A DNA stretch of 64,000 nt from Nitrospirales bacterium (GCA_965203295.1 CBDBCZ010000010.1:64001-128000); one strand, 5' to 3'; shown: positions 1 through 13,871, counted from the stretch's first letter. Made by a program: numbers and translations. The notes: generated by a model not told the origin, from the sequence alone.

Positions 1-149
1 AGAGTGAATGAGGGGGGGGTAAAGAGGGAGAGAAGGGCACCTACTTTGAGAGGACAACCTAGTGCTATTCTAACAGGACTGAGAAGAAGGCAGAGGCTGG
101 TTATAGCGCAACAGGTTTACTACTCTGTAACATACAATTATATGTGTAT

Positions 150-1766
150 AGGCTGGACCATGAGTATATTCGCCGATGAACTCGCACCAGCTGTTCCAAT
201 ATCCAGTGACTCTAGAGAGCTGTTCTCTTTGTTCCTCGACGGCAGAGTAGTGGGCTTTATTGTCACGGAGACAAATTGATATGCTGAGCAATACTTAGCA
301 GAAACAGACAGAGTCATAAATGTCAAGAACATGAGGGCATACTTATATAGGAGTTAATATCCTGATGGGAATCTGCCGCCTGCCATAGGTAGAAGATTAC
401 TGGTCCCATAATGAGAAGCTACACTATGTTGCGATAGCTTCCAGGATCTCCCACAGCAGATTCGAGAAGAGGAGAGAGCCTGGATATCACCGGCAGCCAA
501 AAATACAGCAGATCATCACTGCCAGAAAGATCAGTGCAGTTCTACAGAGCAGAGCTTTGTTTCTAACTATCCTATCTGTAGCTTTGAAGCTAGGCCTTTT
601 ACCCACCCACATTTTCTCGCAGACATGGAGTAAATATAATTATGAAAAAAAATAACATTTGTGAGTGGGGGCCTGGGGTACATGTATGTACTGCACACAC
701 AATCTACGTTTCAATTATTACTCACCAATCTGCAGATCGATCCTCTATGAAGCAGTACGTGCCTCTGAAACCCACCAAGCACGACTTCAAGGTGTGGGTG
801 CAAGCTGATGCTGTGACGAGCTTCTTGCGTGATTTCAGCATCTATGTTGGAGAGTTAACAGATGGAGACTCGAGAGTAGTTGGCTTAGGAGAGTGGGTAG
901 TTCACGAGCTATGTATGCCACTACACGAAGGAAAGTACCAGGGCTTGATAACTGTTTTACCACCTGTTTTCTGTTCGAGGATCTCTTGAAGCAGAAGATT
1001 TTTGCTTATGGCACATCCAGGATGGATTGCCAGAGCTCTCCGGAGGCACTGAAGGGTATTGTTTTGCCGGAGTGAGGACAGCACGTGTCGGGTCAGTGTG
1101 GCAACCTTTAAGCTACAGTATGGCAGGACAAGCAGGCTGCAAAGTTGCTCTCCACAATGTGTGATTCAGTCCATAGCAAGTCTGTGGAGAGGAGACAGAA
1201 AGACGGTAGTAGACTGGCAGTGCCATGCCTGGATGCAGTAGTCCAGTAGAATGAGTTTATGGGGGGAATAGACAAAGGGGACCAGCTGCGACATTACTAC
1301 TGGTTTCGGCTGAAGTGAGTGAAGAGCTATAAGTACATCTTTTGGTTCTTGCTGGATGTTGCGTCACCAATGCACACATTCTATCACGCTTAAGTCTAAC
1401 AACTACAACTTTGAAGCCACTCAAAACCTTCCGCCTAAATCTTGATGAGCAGCTAATTGGCAGCTATCATAGCCACAAGCGAGTAGGCTTGCCAACCTTG
1501 GGTAGGAGTCTACCCCATCCACCCAAACCTCTGCCATCCCCAGATGACAATGGACCTCGTTTCACAGCATTCCCGCACCATCACCAGTCTCCACCTCCCA
1601 TCTCACTGTAAAAAGAAGTGGTGTGTCTACTGCAGGGACTACCGTCCCCCCCAGCCGAAGGCGGGAGACAGTGTGGTACTATAAGGAGTGTGAGGGCAAA
1701 CTTGCTCTTTGCCTAACAAGGCAGGAAGACAGCTCCGACTGCTTTTGTTTGTGGCACACCAAGTAA
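150..1766 (+). pseudogene. Degraded piggyBac (PGBD-type) transposase
   Basis: Frameshifted pieces: ELFSLFLD..FIVTETN*YAEQ, KQYVPLKPTKHDFKVWVQADA, DNCFTT..LFEDL, MGGIDKGDQLRHYY, and a C-terminal Cys-rich domain CVYC...CLTRQEDSSDCFCLWH ending at a TAA near 1766. Confidence 0.88.
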
Positions 1767-1879
1767 CCATTAAGCCAAACCAAATTAATCATTAGTTTCT
1801 CATCAATGTTTGTGCCAAGTTCAACTGCCTGTGCACTTGTTTTTTTGGCTTATAAAGTATCAATACTTTAATTTCACTG

Positions 1880-2580
1880 CTGTGTGTGTGTGTGTGCATG
1901 CGTGCGTGCGTGTGTAACGAATGTGAAGTCACACGCACGATTGCGCAAAAAGACTGTGATGTCATTAAATGAGTACTTGGTATTCTGACCGCTGCATGTT
2001 GTGGGACGCTCTGACAGCCGACGGGTATGGCCTTAAATGAGCACTTCAAGGTTATTGTGCAAAGGTTAGTGACTGTATAGTCCTGTCAGTGCAAACCATG
2101 CACAGCCGTAACTGGTGCGCTAGACAAACTATGACGATGTGCATTAAATAGTGTCGGTGCCACACATACATGGAGGCTGTGGCTATGAAGAGCTACACTT
2201 CAGTCTTAAATTTAGTGTTTTATTATGCAATTGTTTGCTGTCTCTTCTGCTGTTTTTACTGCCTCCACACAGCTGGGAACAATCAGTCAGCTACACTGTC
2301 TACTGCTACTTGCAAGGGTCTGGGCACGAGACTACTTTGGCTACATACTAAAAGAGCACATGGTGTGCACACATACTATGCACTCTCTTTCCACTGTAAC
2401 GAAGTCATTTTCATTGCAAACTCGAGGCCTGAATGTGGAGCTGCCTCCACATGGCTTAGTTTAGTAGTAGCTACTAACCGCCAATGGCAGATGCAAATAC
2501 TCCGTACAAATCACATAGAGGTGACACTTTCATTTCTATCTGTATAGAGCGAGTGAAGCGAGCGAGTACAACAACTTGTA
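1880..2580 (+). mobile_element. Non-autonomous dispersed repeat, Helitron/Helentron(DINE)-like; inverted diverged copy at 12450-13110
   Basis: Starts in a (TG)n microsatellite and ends GAGCGAGTGAAGCGAGCGAG..ACTTGT. The reverse complement aligns by eye in blocks with 12450-13110. The class assignment is inference. Confidence 0.55.
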
Positions 2581-2626
2581 ATAACAAGAACACTGTTCAG
2601 AACCCTCGGCGCTTTACTTGAGTTAA

Positions 2627-3495
2627 GGTAGGAAGACCTTCACCTGGAATCCATGATTCAAATGGACGGCTTTGTTGTTAACATGAAAGTCTACCTCGAA
2701 TTGACAAAAATTTTATATCTAACCACACCTCCTGCTAAATAATCCACAAAAACGCAATTTCGGATTGCTTTAAAATACGAGAAATTTTGGAATCTGCTAG
2801 AGCCCCACCCACGGTCTGGCAACAACACCAGTACCTACAGAGGACAGGCTACAAACGTAGGGATGCTTTTTCACAGGAATGCTTCAAAGCCAGTTTTACA
2901 GCCCTGAACGCATCCAACCACCCCAAAACCCTCATTTTCGCTATCCTGACTCTCAAAAAAATTCGGCAACCGCCCACTCTCACCTGACGAATTTGAGCCC
3001 TGCATTACAAACTATAAATCTCCAGATTTTCACACAGCTAGCTATTCGAACTAATCAAGATAAAATGGGCGGGCCTACAGACCCAACAGGTGACTATTCT
3101 AGCCTACCTGAGATGGGCAACAACCTGCCACTATCCGTCTGTCTGACTGACTTCTAGCCACTCGGGCAGCCTAACAAACTTTCTACAACACACTAGCTAG
3201 CTATTCTGACATAAAAAGCCTACTCACAATTCTATGATGTCATATCTTCTTTTTTTTTAAAAAAGTGTTGAAAGCCAACATCAGAGTACCGCTCAACCAC
3301 ATCAAAGTGCCAATATCGCATATGAAAGAGCCACTATCCATATCAAACTGACACACCCCTCCTGTTGATTCCGGTTGCCGCCATTGGAAAATGCAAACAT
3401 ATCAATGAATCTAATTAACGCCACGTGAGTGGCGTCATCTCATTTATTATTCATGAGAAGAATCACGCGGATTCGAAGGTGAGGCTCTTCCTACC
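2627..3495. mobile_element. Kolobok-type MITE (TTAA TSD, GG...CC termini)
   Basis: TTAA at 2623-2626 and 3496-3499. Imperfect TIRs GGTAGGAAGACCTTCACCTGGAATCC / GGATTCGAAGGTGAGGCTCTTCCTACC. No coding capacity. Confidence 0.75.
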
Positions 3496-4437
3496 TTAAT
3501 GAACATTCCCTATACGCCGTGAATCTGATGAAGCTTGGTTTGAATCTCTTTGAATCGTGTTGTGAGATTGTCTTGCACTTAAAGTGTCGTGAGTTACTGA
3601 CACTTTGGTCATTGTATTTTATATAATTTGTAGTTTCATTGGCCCTTGTAGACCTTTGTCATCTTTTGTACGTTTGGCTTTCTCTTCAGCAGTTTTATTG
3701 GCCCTCTTAGCTACCATTTGCTCTTTAACATGCTTTCTACGCTTAGCTTTCTCTTTACCAGTTTCATTGTCCCTCTTAGCTACTATTTGCTCCTCTTTAA
3801 CTCTTTGCACGCGATAATTACGTATACGCGGAGATGCCCCCACGCGGATTTAATTTCATCCACGTTGCCCAGAAATAGCGTCGAATGTGGAAGGTGCGGG
3901 AAGGTGACTTACGATTGTTGGCAACGTATTTTCCAGAAATGAAGTTTTTGCAATGAAGAAAAAAGATGTGCCTACCAGTCAAGAGTCATCCAGGGAAAAT
4001 TTGGAAGTCCTGGCGTGGATCCATCGAGATTCGTCGAAGGGCGTCATGGCCGCGTTACTGTGTGAGTTTGTACATGGCTTATACCGCACGAAAGTGGTAT
4101 AGCTACGCCACCGCAGTTAGATAGGTAGTTAGTGGGAGGTATAAAGTAGCCGAGAAGGCTGCTTACTGAGCTGCTTTGCACACCTTCTACTTACCATTGG
4201 TGTATCATGCCTGTGTACTGTGTAGTATTATACATACGCATTCAAAATTGTAGTAAGTAGAGGGCGTGGAAAGTAGCCAGCCATGCACAACAGCCTTCCC
4301 TGTAGCAAATAAAGCTTTTGCGGGTTTTGTGAAGCTTTTGTTTAGACATAAGTTGCTGTGTAGATCATACAGAGTTTAGTTTCCTGTGCGATAGTGAACC
4401 AGGGTATGGTATCGCTCAAAACAGGCAGTGGGATGAA

Positions 4438-5420
4438 GTGCCAGCTGCTCTGGGCAAGTTTTACAGAAGTACCCGGTTCTATGCCTTGTCTGTCCACTGC
4501 AGACCACGCAGTTGCGGTAGGTGGAGCACTGATCGAGGAGGTGGAGCTTCCTGTTCAGACGAATGGGAGTGGGAAGATGACGATGTTGCAGGTTGCCAGG
4601 AGGAAGAAATTGATGATCATACTCGGAGTGTGATCCATTTTCTGTCGCTGTTTATTGTCAGGTTCCAAATAATTTATCGTGTATCAGAAAAAGCCATTTT
4701 GTTCATATTGAAACTATTTGGAGCAGTTCTAGCTTTTTTAGCAGCAATCATTCAACATAAATTGTTACCAAACTTAGCTAGAGTATTTCCTGTGTCATTG
4801 CACTTTGTGTGCAAGTATGCAGCACTAAACCAAGTTGACTTTACAGCATTTGTAGTATGTCCAGTATGTCACAAATTGTATGACCCAAAGTCCAAATTGA
4901 CAATAAAAGACAGCTGTGGCATTGAGATGTCCTCTAAATGCTCCTTTGTTGCTTTTCCAAATCATCCACATCATAGTCGTCGTCATGAATGTGGAGAAAA
5001 GCTTATAAAGAAAGTGAAGTGTAAAGGAAATATGTACAAGTTTATGCCCAGAAGTGTGTACTGTTATTATCGTGTCAAGTGAGGACTATCACAGCTTGTG
5101 AACAGGAATTGGTTCTGGGATGCTTGCAATCATTGGAAAAAGAGGTCAGTACATGAGAAAGAATTAGAAGATATATAATTATGATGACAGAGTGTGGAAA
5201 GAATTTGAGAGTGATTTTTTTAATGGTAGGAAGAAATTAGGATATATGTTAAATGTGGATAGGTTTCAGCCATATAAGCATTCAACCTACTCGAAGTAAT
5301 ATACTTAGTAATAATATACTTAGTAATATTGAACTTTCCACGAAACATTCGTTATAAGCTTGAAAATTCCATCATAATTGGTTTCATTCCTGGTCCGCAC
5401 GAACCAAGTGGTAATATCAA
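4438..5420 (+). pseudogene. CACTA/EnSpm-type transposase N-terminal half, disrupted
   Basis: CPVCHKLY...CSFVAFPNHP...CGEKL Zn motif, stop at 5080-5082, then DDRVWKEF, LNVDRFQPYKH and LNFPRNIRYKLENSIIIGFIPGPHEP, typical of Tnp2-like transposases. Confidence 0.82.
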
Positions 5421-6006
5421 GTGGCATCTTGGTTTGACATTCATAAAGATCGTGATATTTTGGAGCCACCTATAGAGTTTTGGGAAAATAGTTTCATGCC
5501 CATTGGTTCATATTCATTTATTCCTGTTGTTCGTATTTTGCATCCAGTTTTTTTTTGCTATTGACGAAGCTACTGATGAATGTTATATAAAGGCTTCATT
5601 GATATTCTGTGGTGCCTGCATATGCAGGCAACAGAATACACACTGCGTGCACGCACATACACACACACTTACGATGAACACTTAGGTTTAACTTTACTTA
5701 TACACTTATTCTGTAACCACCTTTTATATCAGTATGACTACTTGTACTTAGTTACTTGTATCACTTATTAGGTATTTAATATCTCCTCTTATTTCCTTAC
5801 ATGGTTGTGAGCTATACCACCAGCACTGACTTCACTCTCACCTCTATTTATCCTTTTTACCTATGGTTTCTGTAGATACCCCATGATCTGTGACTGAGAT
5901 CGATGCATATCATGTTTTTCTAGAACATTATATAAGTTGCCTCTGCATGTTGTATAAAAATCTTCAAAATTTGATGAGACTTTGTCAGTAGTACTATTCC
6001 GAACCA

Positions 6007-6078
<72 letters not shown>

Positions 6079-6170
6079 AGGATAGTAGTTGGCTTGCATG
6101 CAATGGTCGTATTAGACAACATAATATCATACTATTCTACAACAGTTGTAACCATAAATATGCATGTACG

Positions 6171-6490
6171 CAGCATGGTCACCAGACAGGGAGACACAGA
6201 GGGAACACTCGCACACTCCCAGCCTACAAGACCCGCACGAAGCATGGTCGCCGGACAGGGAGACACAGAGGGAACACTCGCACACTGCCAGCCTACAAGA
6301 CCCGCACGAAGCATGGTCGCCGGACAGGGAGACACAGAGCGAACACTCGTAAACTCCCAGCCTACAAGACCCGCACGAAGCATGGTCGCTGGACAGAGAG
6401 TCACAGAGGGAACACTCACACACTCCCAGGCTACAAGACCCACACGAAGCATGGTCGGGAGACACAGGGAACACTCGCACACTCCCAAAT
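6171..6490. repeat. 69-bp minisatellite, about 4.5 copies
   Basis: Unit AGCATGGTCGCCGGACAGGGAGACACAGAGGGAACACTCGCACACTCCCAGCCTACAAGACCCGCACGA. It explains the repetitive ORFs in several frames. Confidence 0.95.
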
Positions 6491-6872
6491 TATGGTCACT
6501 GGTACAGGATAAACCCACATACCCATGAATTAAGCCCATCATGTCAAACAGGTGTACACACACATACACCCTTGCACACTATGTATCCACACGCATACTA
6601 CCTAAAGGTGAATTTATAACAGTTGTTGATCTTTCGTATACACAAAATAAACACGTAAACATGCTATATATTTACACTTGTCACCATATTACATGATCTA
6701 TTTTGTCCTTCAAATAATTTTTCTCCAAAAATCTTGAACTGACAATACACGACGATGCATTTCATGTTTCAAATCACTCACTTCTTTTTGACATCTCTCC
6801 GCAAGAGTTCAATAAGACTGACATTCTCTAATGGCCTTGTGTCGTGTGTGCACACATTCCTCTAATTCAGCT

Positions 6873-9330
6873 TTACAGTTGGCTGGTTCTCGCTCTCTTT
6901 GCACAGTTAATTTCTATTCCTTGTGTATGTACGTGCATGGGAATTTGCTTTAGAGCTTGCATAGAAAAGAAAAGATGTGTGCCGTCTGCTGCAAAGTCTT
7001 TTTGTACGTTTATGTAGCGGTCATCTGATTCTGTTCCCCCAGGCTTAGTATTTGGTGAAAACCACTGTGACAGTTCGTCTTCCACAGCAAGATCAGACAC
7101 TTCGCTTTTTTCTGGTTCGGATGAACTCTTCAGTTCCGTTTCCATCTCATACAATTCAGCTCTCTTTTGCCATCGCAACTGGTCAGATTTAGCCCAGGCA
7201 ATAGCTTTTTTTTTATTTCTGTATCTTTTCCTCATTACTAACAGCACTTAATGACCTGTTTTGTTCTCACCACCTGTGTAGTTCAGAAAATTATATTGCA
7301 GTACTATACTATATATAGCAAAAATAACACTCCTACACATAATATATACCTTACTGGAACCCTTCAATGGCTCTGGACTAAACTTCAGCACTCTTTTGGC
7401 AGTCGTACATGTACTGACTTTCTCTGCTGCATGCAACTGTGGGCAGTTGGATAGTTGCTGCACTTCAGGAACATAGTCTGTTGATTTGTATGTAGTAGAG
7501 CAGGAATAAGTGCCTGTATACAGCAGAAAAGTACATAGGTTTATTAAGCTGATGGTTAAATGCTACAAAACTAACCAGTATTTCGGCATCTGAAGGATCC
7601 CAGTCTCTCTGAATCCAATATTCAGTATCCATTTTGCAATTTGGAAAATCACTTACATCACGCCATACGGGAGCGTGACAGCCAGTATGACACAGCCTTG
7701 TAACAGGCCGTGGTCTGCACAACCGTTAACAGGTCGTAGACCATGCCTCGTGACAACCTGTAGGGTTAGACAACCTGTTACAGTTCCGTATACAGTCAGT
7801 TAACTTCATCATGTCCTTATATCCACCTAAATCATATCTCCTACTGTGAACGTCTGGAGGGTAAGGCTGGGGAGCTATCTTGTGTACAGCCAGCTTGCAT
7901 GATGTTGTGACTGCCCCCTCCATGATGCATCCCCCCAGCCTTGTCACATTGGATGCCTGGCACTTATATATAACTGTGCCCCCAATAGAGAATTTTTTTT
8001 GGGCCATTTGCTAGTTTTATTTTGCCATTTGCTAGTTTTATTCTAGTAATACATAGGCAAATATTTCATTTGTAGCTACTTATTTAGTGTTAGTTTATTT
8101 TTTTAATCTCAGACGTGTGTTGGGGGGGGGGGGAAGGTGGGAGCAAAAAGTCGAGTCTGTCAGGCTTGAGGTTGTGCCAGCCTGCCAATTTCAAGTGGCA
8201 CGTGCATCCCATGTGCATGCTATTCTCCACTCCCGTTTCCACTTTCTTCAGTTAACTTGCCTTAACTATTGTTAAAACTTATTTAACAGGTCGTTGGTCC
8301 ATACGGGGGCGGTAGACGCATGCGCAGCTCATATACATGTAAACTGCTTGGATGCACACTCCTACGTAGCTGTACTGTTTTGCAACAGCAGGAATACACG
8401 AAATATTTGTGAATGTTTCCTCTATTTACTCAGCTATATGGTGTTCACTTTTGATATATTATATCTTCGTGTATCCGTTCCAGATTCATTGTTGGTTGGA
8501 CAATTACTCAGTCCAGACGTAGCGGGCCTTGAGCGCTGGCTTGAACTCTGAACCTCACCATCCAAGATGAGTAGTCACTGCTCTTCTGTTCAACCACGTG
8601 GGCCATACAGTTTGGGACCACAGCTTTGCACATTCAGTTGCCTTATCTGGATGCTCCCTGATGTACTTGTGCTATTATAGGGATGTAATACAATAACTAC
8701 AATACTTTTCCGTTTATGTAAAGCAGGTGAAGTACTAACCCACCACAAGAGCAAAATGCTTCATGTACTGTGCTTCAACACGAAAATCTAATGGAGCTCT
8801 CATGGCTTTCATGATGCATTTTGTGAAAGGCTATAAAGGCAAGCCTTTGTGACTCTCATAGGGGTTGATCCCAAGAAGCTGAGTATATGCAGGAACATGC
8901 TGATCGAAAGTAATTTACAACCATGAAATCAGTACAGTGTACCTTCCTCCGTTCATCAACCCTGAAGTCTGTGATCCGCTTCCGCAAGTACTGACATGCC
9001 TGAAGAAACAGCTGCGGATCATCAGCTTTGTCCTCCAGAACACGAGTTATTATTTTCTGTAAAGTGTTTGCATGAGTTTTTTTTTGGCATTTATGGTTGT
9101 CATCATTGTATTATATAGTAACCTTCAGTGTGTCATCGGACACCTGTCATTTGATGGATAGACAGTAGGCTTTTGCAGCTTTCCTGTTTAGTTCTTCCTA
9201 CATATTTAAATAGTACAAGCAATTGTAAATGAAATTCACCATCAGGGCCGGTCCTAAAACCCCATGGAATAGCAGTGCATTCTAAACAATATAGTACATC
9301 ACGTGGTACCTTATTGGGCCGATCCAACCC
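6873..9330 (-). pseudogene. Degraded multi-exon gene, possibly a MULE-like transposase remnant
   Basis: AG/GT-bounded exon-like blocks KIITRVLEDKADDPQLFLQACQYLRKR, ..CIMKAMR.. and WSQTVWPTWLN..LSNCPTNNES.RIHE (TNNxxExxH-like), with stops and frameshifts. Confidence 0.3.
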
Positions 9331-9722
9331 CCCCTTTTAACCATCCTCAGAATCATTGTTTGCTTTGCTTTCATTCGCGTAAGCTGTTGTTTGATCTTCA
9401 GCTCTTCTTGGATACTGGCACAAAGGCTTACTGGCACTGCAGTAGCTCCGTGGTTGGTGGATTCTTCCTTATATTCTATTATGATTGCATGAGCAAACTA
9501 TCTCATGTACATATACTTTATTATTATTATTATTATATATTGTAAACATACCAATAAATGTACAACATAAGAATATTAAATAAATTAATGAACTTAACAC
9601 ATAAATTAACTGAATGATGTCACAAAATCAGGTCTCGAAACTGAATTTCTTTGATACTACCAGGGGCTGAGCCATCGATAATCCTAACATTGGCTTTTGC
9701 TGTTGTGTAGTAATAGTAGCAG

Positions 9723-10565
9723 TCATAAGATAGCCTTGACACAATAGGAGCACTCCTCAACGATGCCAGAATGCAACTCATTATTAGCCTTGATCTTAAC
9801 CCTCAAGCCTGGCTTGACCCTGTCTGACCACTGAGACTTCATACATTCCTTAACCATCTCAGCTGCAGCCAATTCATCACACTTAACAAAGTCTTCATGA
9901 TGTTGGATCACTCCATGAACATCCTCAGGAATGTGTAGCAGCAATTGGCCTGACTCGATGCTTCCCTCAGTACAATGTTCTACAGGTTGACCCGTAGCAA
10001 CTGAACTATCAACTGACTCTACATGTGATCTCTGATGCTCCCTACTCCTTGTGCGGTTGGCAATGGGACTTACAGTAGAAGGCGGTTCGGATTGAACTTG
10101 CCCCTTGGCAGAAGCAGCTAGAGCAGCAGGAGCAGAAGCATTGCAAGCACGAGAATTGTCACCACTTAGGGAAGACTGAGAAGAAGAATTACTTTCAACA
10201 GTATTGGGCTCAGCAGTGACAGGAACTAAAGGTTTTGCCTTAGCTAGCAAGGCAACAAGCTGATCTGTCAAAGTGGCAGTTTCAACGCGGGCAGTAGAAG
10301 TATCAGGAGTTGATGGATGACATGGTTTACTCTTTTTGGCAAGAAATGTGTTCATCCTTTGCCTGCTTCGGTACTTTCTTCCAAAGGAGACAGAAGGGGC
10401 ATTAAATGGAGAAGTCTCCACAGCCTTGCTCTTCCAAAACAGCTTGAGACTATAGCCGTTCTGGTGTTTAGAAAAACTCCAAACGGGTTGCTGACACTGT
10501 AGGCTGTCAACAGTTGACAACATAGCAACAACATCATCTGGAATTCCAAGAGTACTGCGAGACAT
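9723..10565 (-). CDS. Orphan 280-aa ORF; probable frameshifted C-terminus continues to about 9620
   Basis: ATG start and intronless ORF. N-terminal WSFSKHQNGYSLKLFWKS and basic RKYRSRQRMNTFLAKK, then a Ser/Ala linker and a beta-rich C-terminus. Confidence 0.5.
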   Translation of the reverse strand: MSRSTLGIPDDVVAMLSTVDSLQCQQPVWSFSKHQNGYSLKLFWKSKAVETSPFNAPSVSFGRKYRSRQRMNTFLAKKSKPCHPSTPDTSTARVETATLTDQLVALLAKAKPLVPVTAEPNTVESNSSSQSSLSGDNSRACNASAPAALAASAKGQVQSEPPSTVSPIANRTRSREHQRSHVESVDSSVATGQPVEHCTEGSIESGQLLLHIPEDVHGVIQHHEDFVKCDELAAAEMVKECMKSQWSDRVKPGLRVKIKANNELHSGIVEECSYCVKAIL

Positions 10566-11589
10566 CTCAACAGGCTACACTCCTACACTCCTTCCAAATG
10601 TAACCCTGTAATGCCTGTAATATTACCTTGATAGCCTTTTGTAGCTGTACAGTCATGTGAGTGGCTGTGCATACAGTGTTATTACGTGTATGCGTCACTG
10701 TCCCCAGGCTGGTATTCACAGACAATGGTTTGCCCACCAGCTTGAGGGGAGTGCTTTTGAAACCAATTGGACGGGCTGTAGGTTTTGTTGGGTGCTTTAG
10801 CCCACCTTCTGGAGCATGGCTGGGTGTCCCTGATCATGAGAGTATATGTCTTAATGACTACTGTACACAGCCTTATTAATCTAGTACCTTTGCCTCTGCT
10901 AGAAGGGAGCTGATCTGGCGTGTCCACAAGCCTGAGTACTTCCCCATGGAAGCGAGTCATGTTGCAAGCTATGGAGCAATTAAATATAATCTGCATTTCC
11001 ACTCAGTAGCTCCTACACCAGACCTCGAGCTCGTTTAATCACCAATGACTGGTACCGGTTGTTCTTGGGCGGCGCGTACGGCGTCGCCCACTAACGCTAA
11101 CGGCCAACAACCTGACATCCTGATTTCTGATTGTGAGGCCCCCAGTACAGAGCCAGATCCCACTGCAGACCTGGCGGGAGTGCTCAGACAGGCCGCAGCC
11201 GCCGGCGATTTGGATGGCTCCATGCTAGCGATGTAAGTTCCTATACACTGGTGCCTTTCTTCTTGATTCTCTGTAATACATCCATGCACATGCACGCATG
11301 TAACGTGCTCCTGCAGCGCTCTATAGCCTAGCTACATAGCTTAGCATTTTCAATGCTTAATGTCATCATTCCTCTTGCATCTACACATTTAGGCCCCACA
11401 CATTTTTGTGGAGAATGCTGTTCTCCAACTGGGGGGCACCAAGGAGCCCAGTGAGCTCGTGGAGCCAGCTGCTGATGACGATTCTGGCCAGCCAACTCCA
11501 AGTCAAGAGTAACATGTCCATCGTGCTAGCAAAAAAAAAAGATATAATTGTTACATTCTCACTGATTACCTCTGAACACATTATCAGTT

Positions 11590-11985
11590 ATGTTCAAAAT
11601 TCTTTTCGATCACTCACGTTCAGAATGCTTTTTGATCACTGTCACTTCAGAATTCTTTAGGCTGCGTGTGTCACAGATGCTGTGACAAAAAAACGTGTAC
11701 TTTCGTATACTTTATATGAAAACGCTTAATATAAAAATGCCATATAAATTCATAAACAAGTGGAAATACAGCAGTCAAAGGTTAATCACTGTCACGTTCA
11801 GAATTCTTTTTGATCACTCACGTTCAGAATTATTTTTGATCACTCACATTCAGAATTCTTTTTGCGTTCAGAATTCTTTTTGATCACTCACGTTCAGAAT
11901 TCTTTTTGCATTCAGAATTCTTTTTGATCACTCACGTTCAGAATTCTTTTTGATCACTGTCACGTTCAGAATTCTTTTTGATTAC
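11590..11985. repeat. Minisatellite, unit about 26-28 bp (TTCAGAATTCTTTTTGATCACTCACG)
   Basis: About 10 variant copies in two blocks. Confidence 0.92.
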
Positions 11986-12449
11986 AAAATCTGATCATAA
12001 TTATAATATAGGTTGCATGGGATGGAGGTGGAATCAAATCTTATAAGAAGGAAGATAAAAAATAAGGGGAAGATCTGTATCAACCTTGTCAACAAAAGGG
12101 GGGATCTGTATCAACCTTGTCACCAAATAGAGCTAATATAGGTTTCATGGGGTGGAGGTGGAATCAAATCTTGGGGTGGTATGATAGACATTAGCAAATG
12201 ATTCATGCAGTTTCTCTTCAAAGCCATGTCTGCATAAGCATACCAGGTGTACTGATACCACGTCTCTTTTTCTCTGATCTCACACTCTAGGAGTGAAGAC
12301 TACAAACCAAGGTGAAACCTGGTACATACATATTTACCTTTTCTCTTATCACCTCAAAATAAAGGTCAAACTCCCAATTCTTCTCTCCAGGAGGTTAAAC
12401 ACGGTCATGTCACAGCCTATGTGATTATGGAGTTGTTTGCTTTATGTCT

Positions 12450-13110
12450 ACAAGTACTTGCACTTTTTCAACTCGCTCACTCTGTACGGATAGAACTATA
12501 AAGTGTCACCTTCATGTGATTTCCATTGAACTTTTTCATATTCTGCCATTAGCAGCGCTGCTTTTGACTGCAGCTCCACATTCAGACCTCAGTGTTAAAA
12601 ATTGACCTTGTCACAGAGGGGGTTAAGTGTATAGTATGTATGCACACTACAATTCTTTTAGAAGCCAAAGCAGTTATATTAGATAATGTTTAGAACCATG
12701 TGGAGGCAGTAGCTCAAAGGTTAGACAGCAAACAATTACAGGTAGCTAAGACCAAAGCCTAGCTCTTCACAGCCAAGTATGGAGGCGAATGGAACTGACT
12801 GCATTTAATGCACAACATCCTAGTTTGTCTAGCGTAGCAGTTACAGCGGTGCATGGTTTACACTAACAGGACTATACAGCCACTAACCTTTGTGATAGAG
12901 CGTGCTCGAAGTGCTCATTTGAGGCATACTGTCGGCTGTCAGGGCATCCCAACGCATGCAGCGGTCGAAGTCGTCCTAACGCATGCAGTGGTCAAAGTAT
13001 TAAATAATAATAGTAATTAGCTAAGTACACGTAATCGCATCAGTCTTTTCGCGCAATTGAGGGTCATAAGTAAACGTCACATCCGTTACACACACACACA
13101 CACACAGACA
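12450..13110 (-). mobile_element. Second (inverted) copy of the 1880-2580 repeat
   Basis: Shares GCAGCTCCACATTCAG, ACAGGACTATACAG and TAGTTTGTCTAGCG with the reverse complement of 1880-2580. Confidence 0.75.
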
Positions 13111-13134
13111 GACGCACACTATTTGTAAACTTAA

Positions 13135-13220
13135 TTGGGTTAGGGTTAGGGTTATGGCTAGGGAAAAGGTTAGGGTAAAGGTTAGCATTAGGGTAAGGGT
13201 TACGGTTAGAGTTAGAGTTA
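13135..13220 (+). repeat. Degenerate (TTAGGG)n interstitial telomere-like repeat
   Basis: TTAGGGTTAGGGTTATGGCTAGGG...GTTAGAGTTAGAGTTA, about 14 degenerate hexamers. Confidence 0.85.
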
Positions 13221-13871
13221 CGATGTGATGTGTGTGTGGATAACTTGGTTGCAAAACTAAATATTCTGCTGTCATACTCCCCACTATCCAATTCTTCTCC
13301 AAGGGCTACAAAATAATATCTGGACATCGAAGGCCTGTATTCAAGGTGAACGTTCATCTATAAGATGAATGCACCTGTGCCCCAGGAGTGTTAATTCACA
13401 CACACACACACACACACACAGTTGCTACCTACTTCAGGAGGAAGAATAGTAACACACTATATCATATATTCCGCATTCCATTCAAGTTCCTCACACAAGC
13501 CCCAGTATAGTAAGTATGAGTCAACCACAAATCGTACGTAGTTTTAGAAAGGCATGTAGATGCCATGATATTTAATAGATTTGGTAGCTTAGCCAACTAC
13601 CCTAAATGTAAGTTCAAACCAACTCCCATTTTCATGCATTAATAATATCATCTTGGTAATTTTTTTCTAGGTGCCATATTGTGACACATATCGAAGATTT
13701 ATGTACTTTTATTATATACTGCAAAGAGTACTAACAGTATTTTCCTATAGACCAGACCGGTAATATTCCCCCGTATTGCCTACCCGTTATTGCCTTTTGC
13801 GTGGGCAGGATGTTGTACGCATGCGCATAAGCTTCGTCGCTATGCCAATATTTTTAGTGTGCGCGAGTGTC

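Noticed and set aside
3520..3843. Lys/Arg/Glu-rich repeated peptide resembling a Helitron N-terminus
   Set aside because: Too short, with no Rep or helicase motifs nearby.
11590..11985. Short repeats resembling a CRISPR array (also 50250-50890 and 63520-64000)
   Set aside because: Head-to-tail units without unique spacers, no cas genes, and a eukaryotic context.
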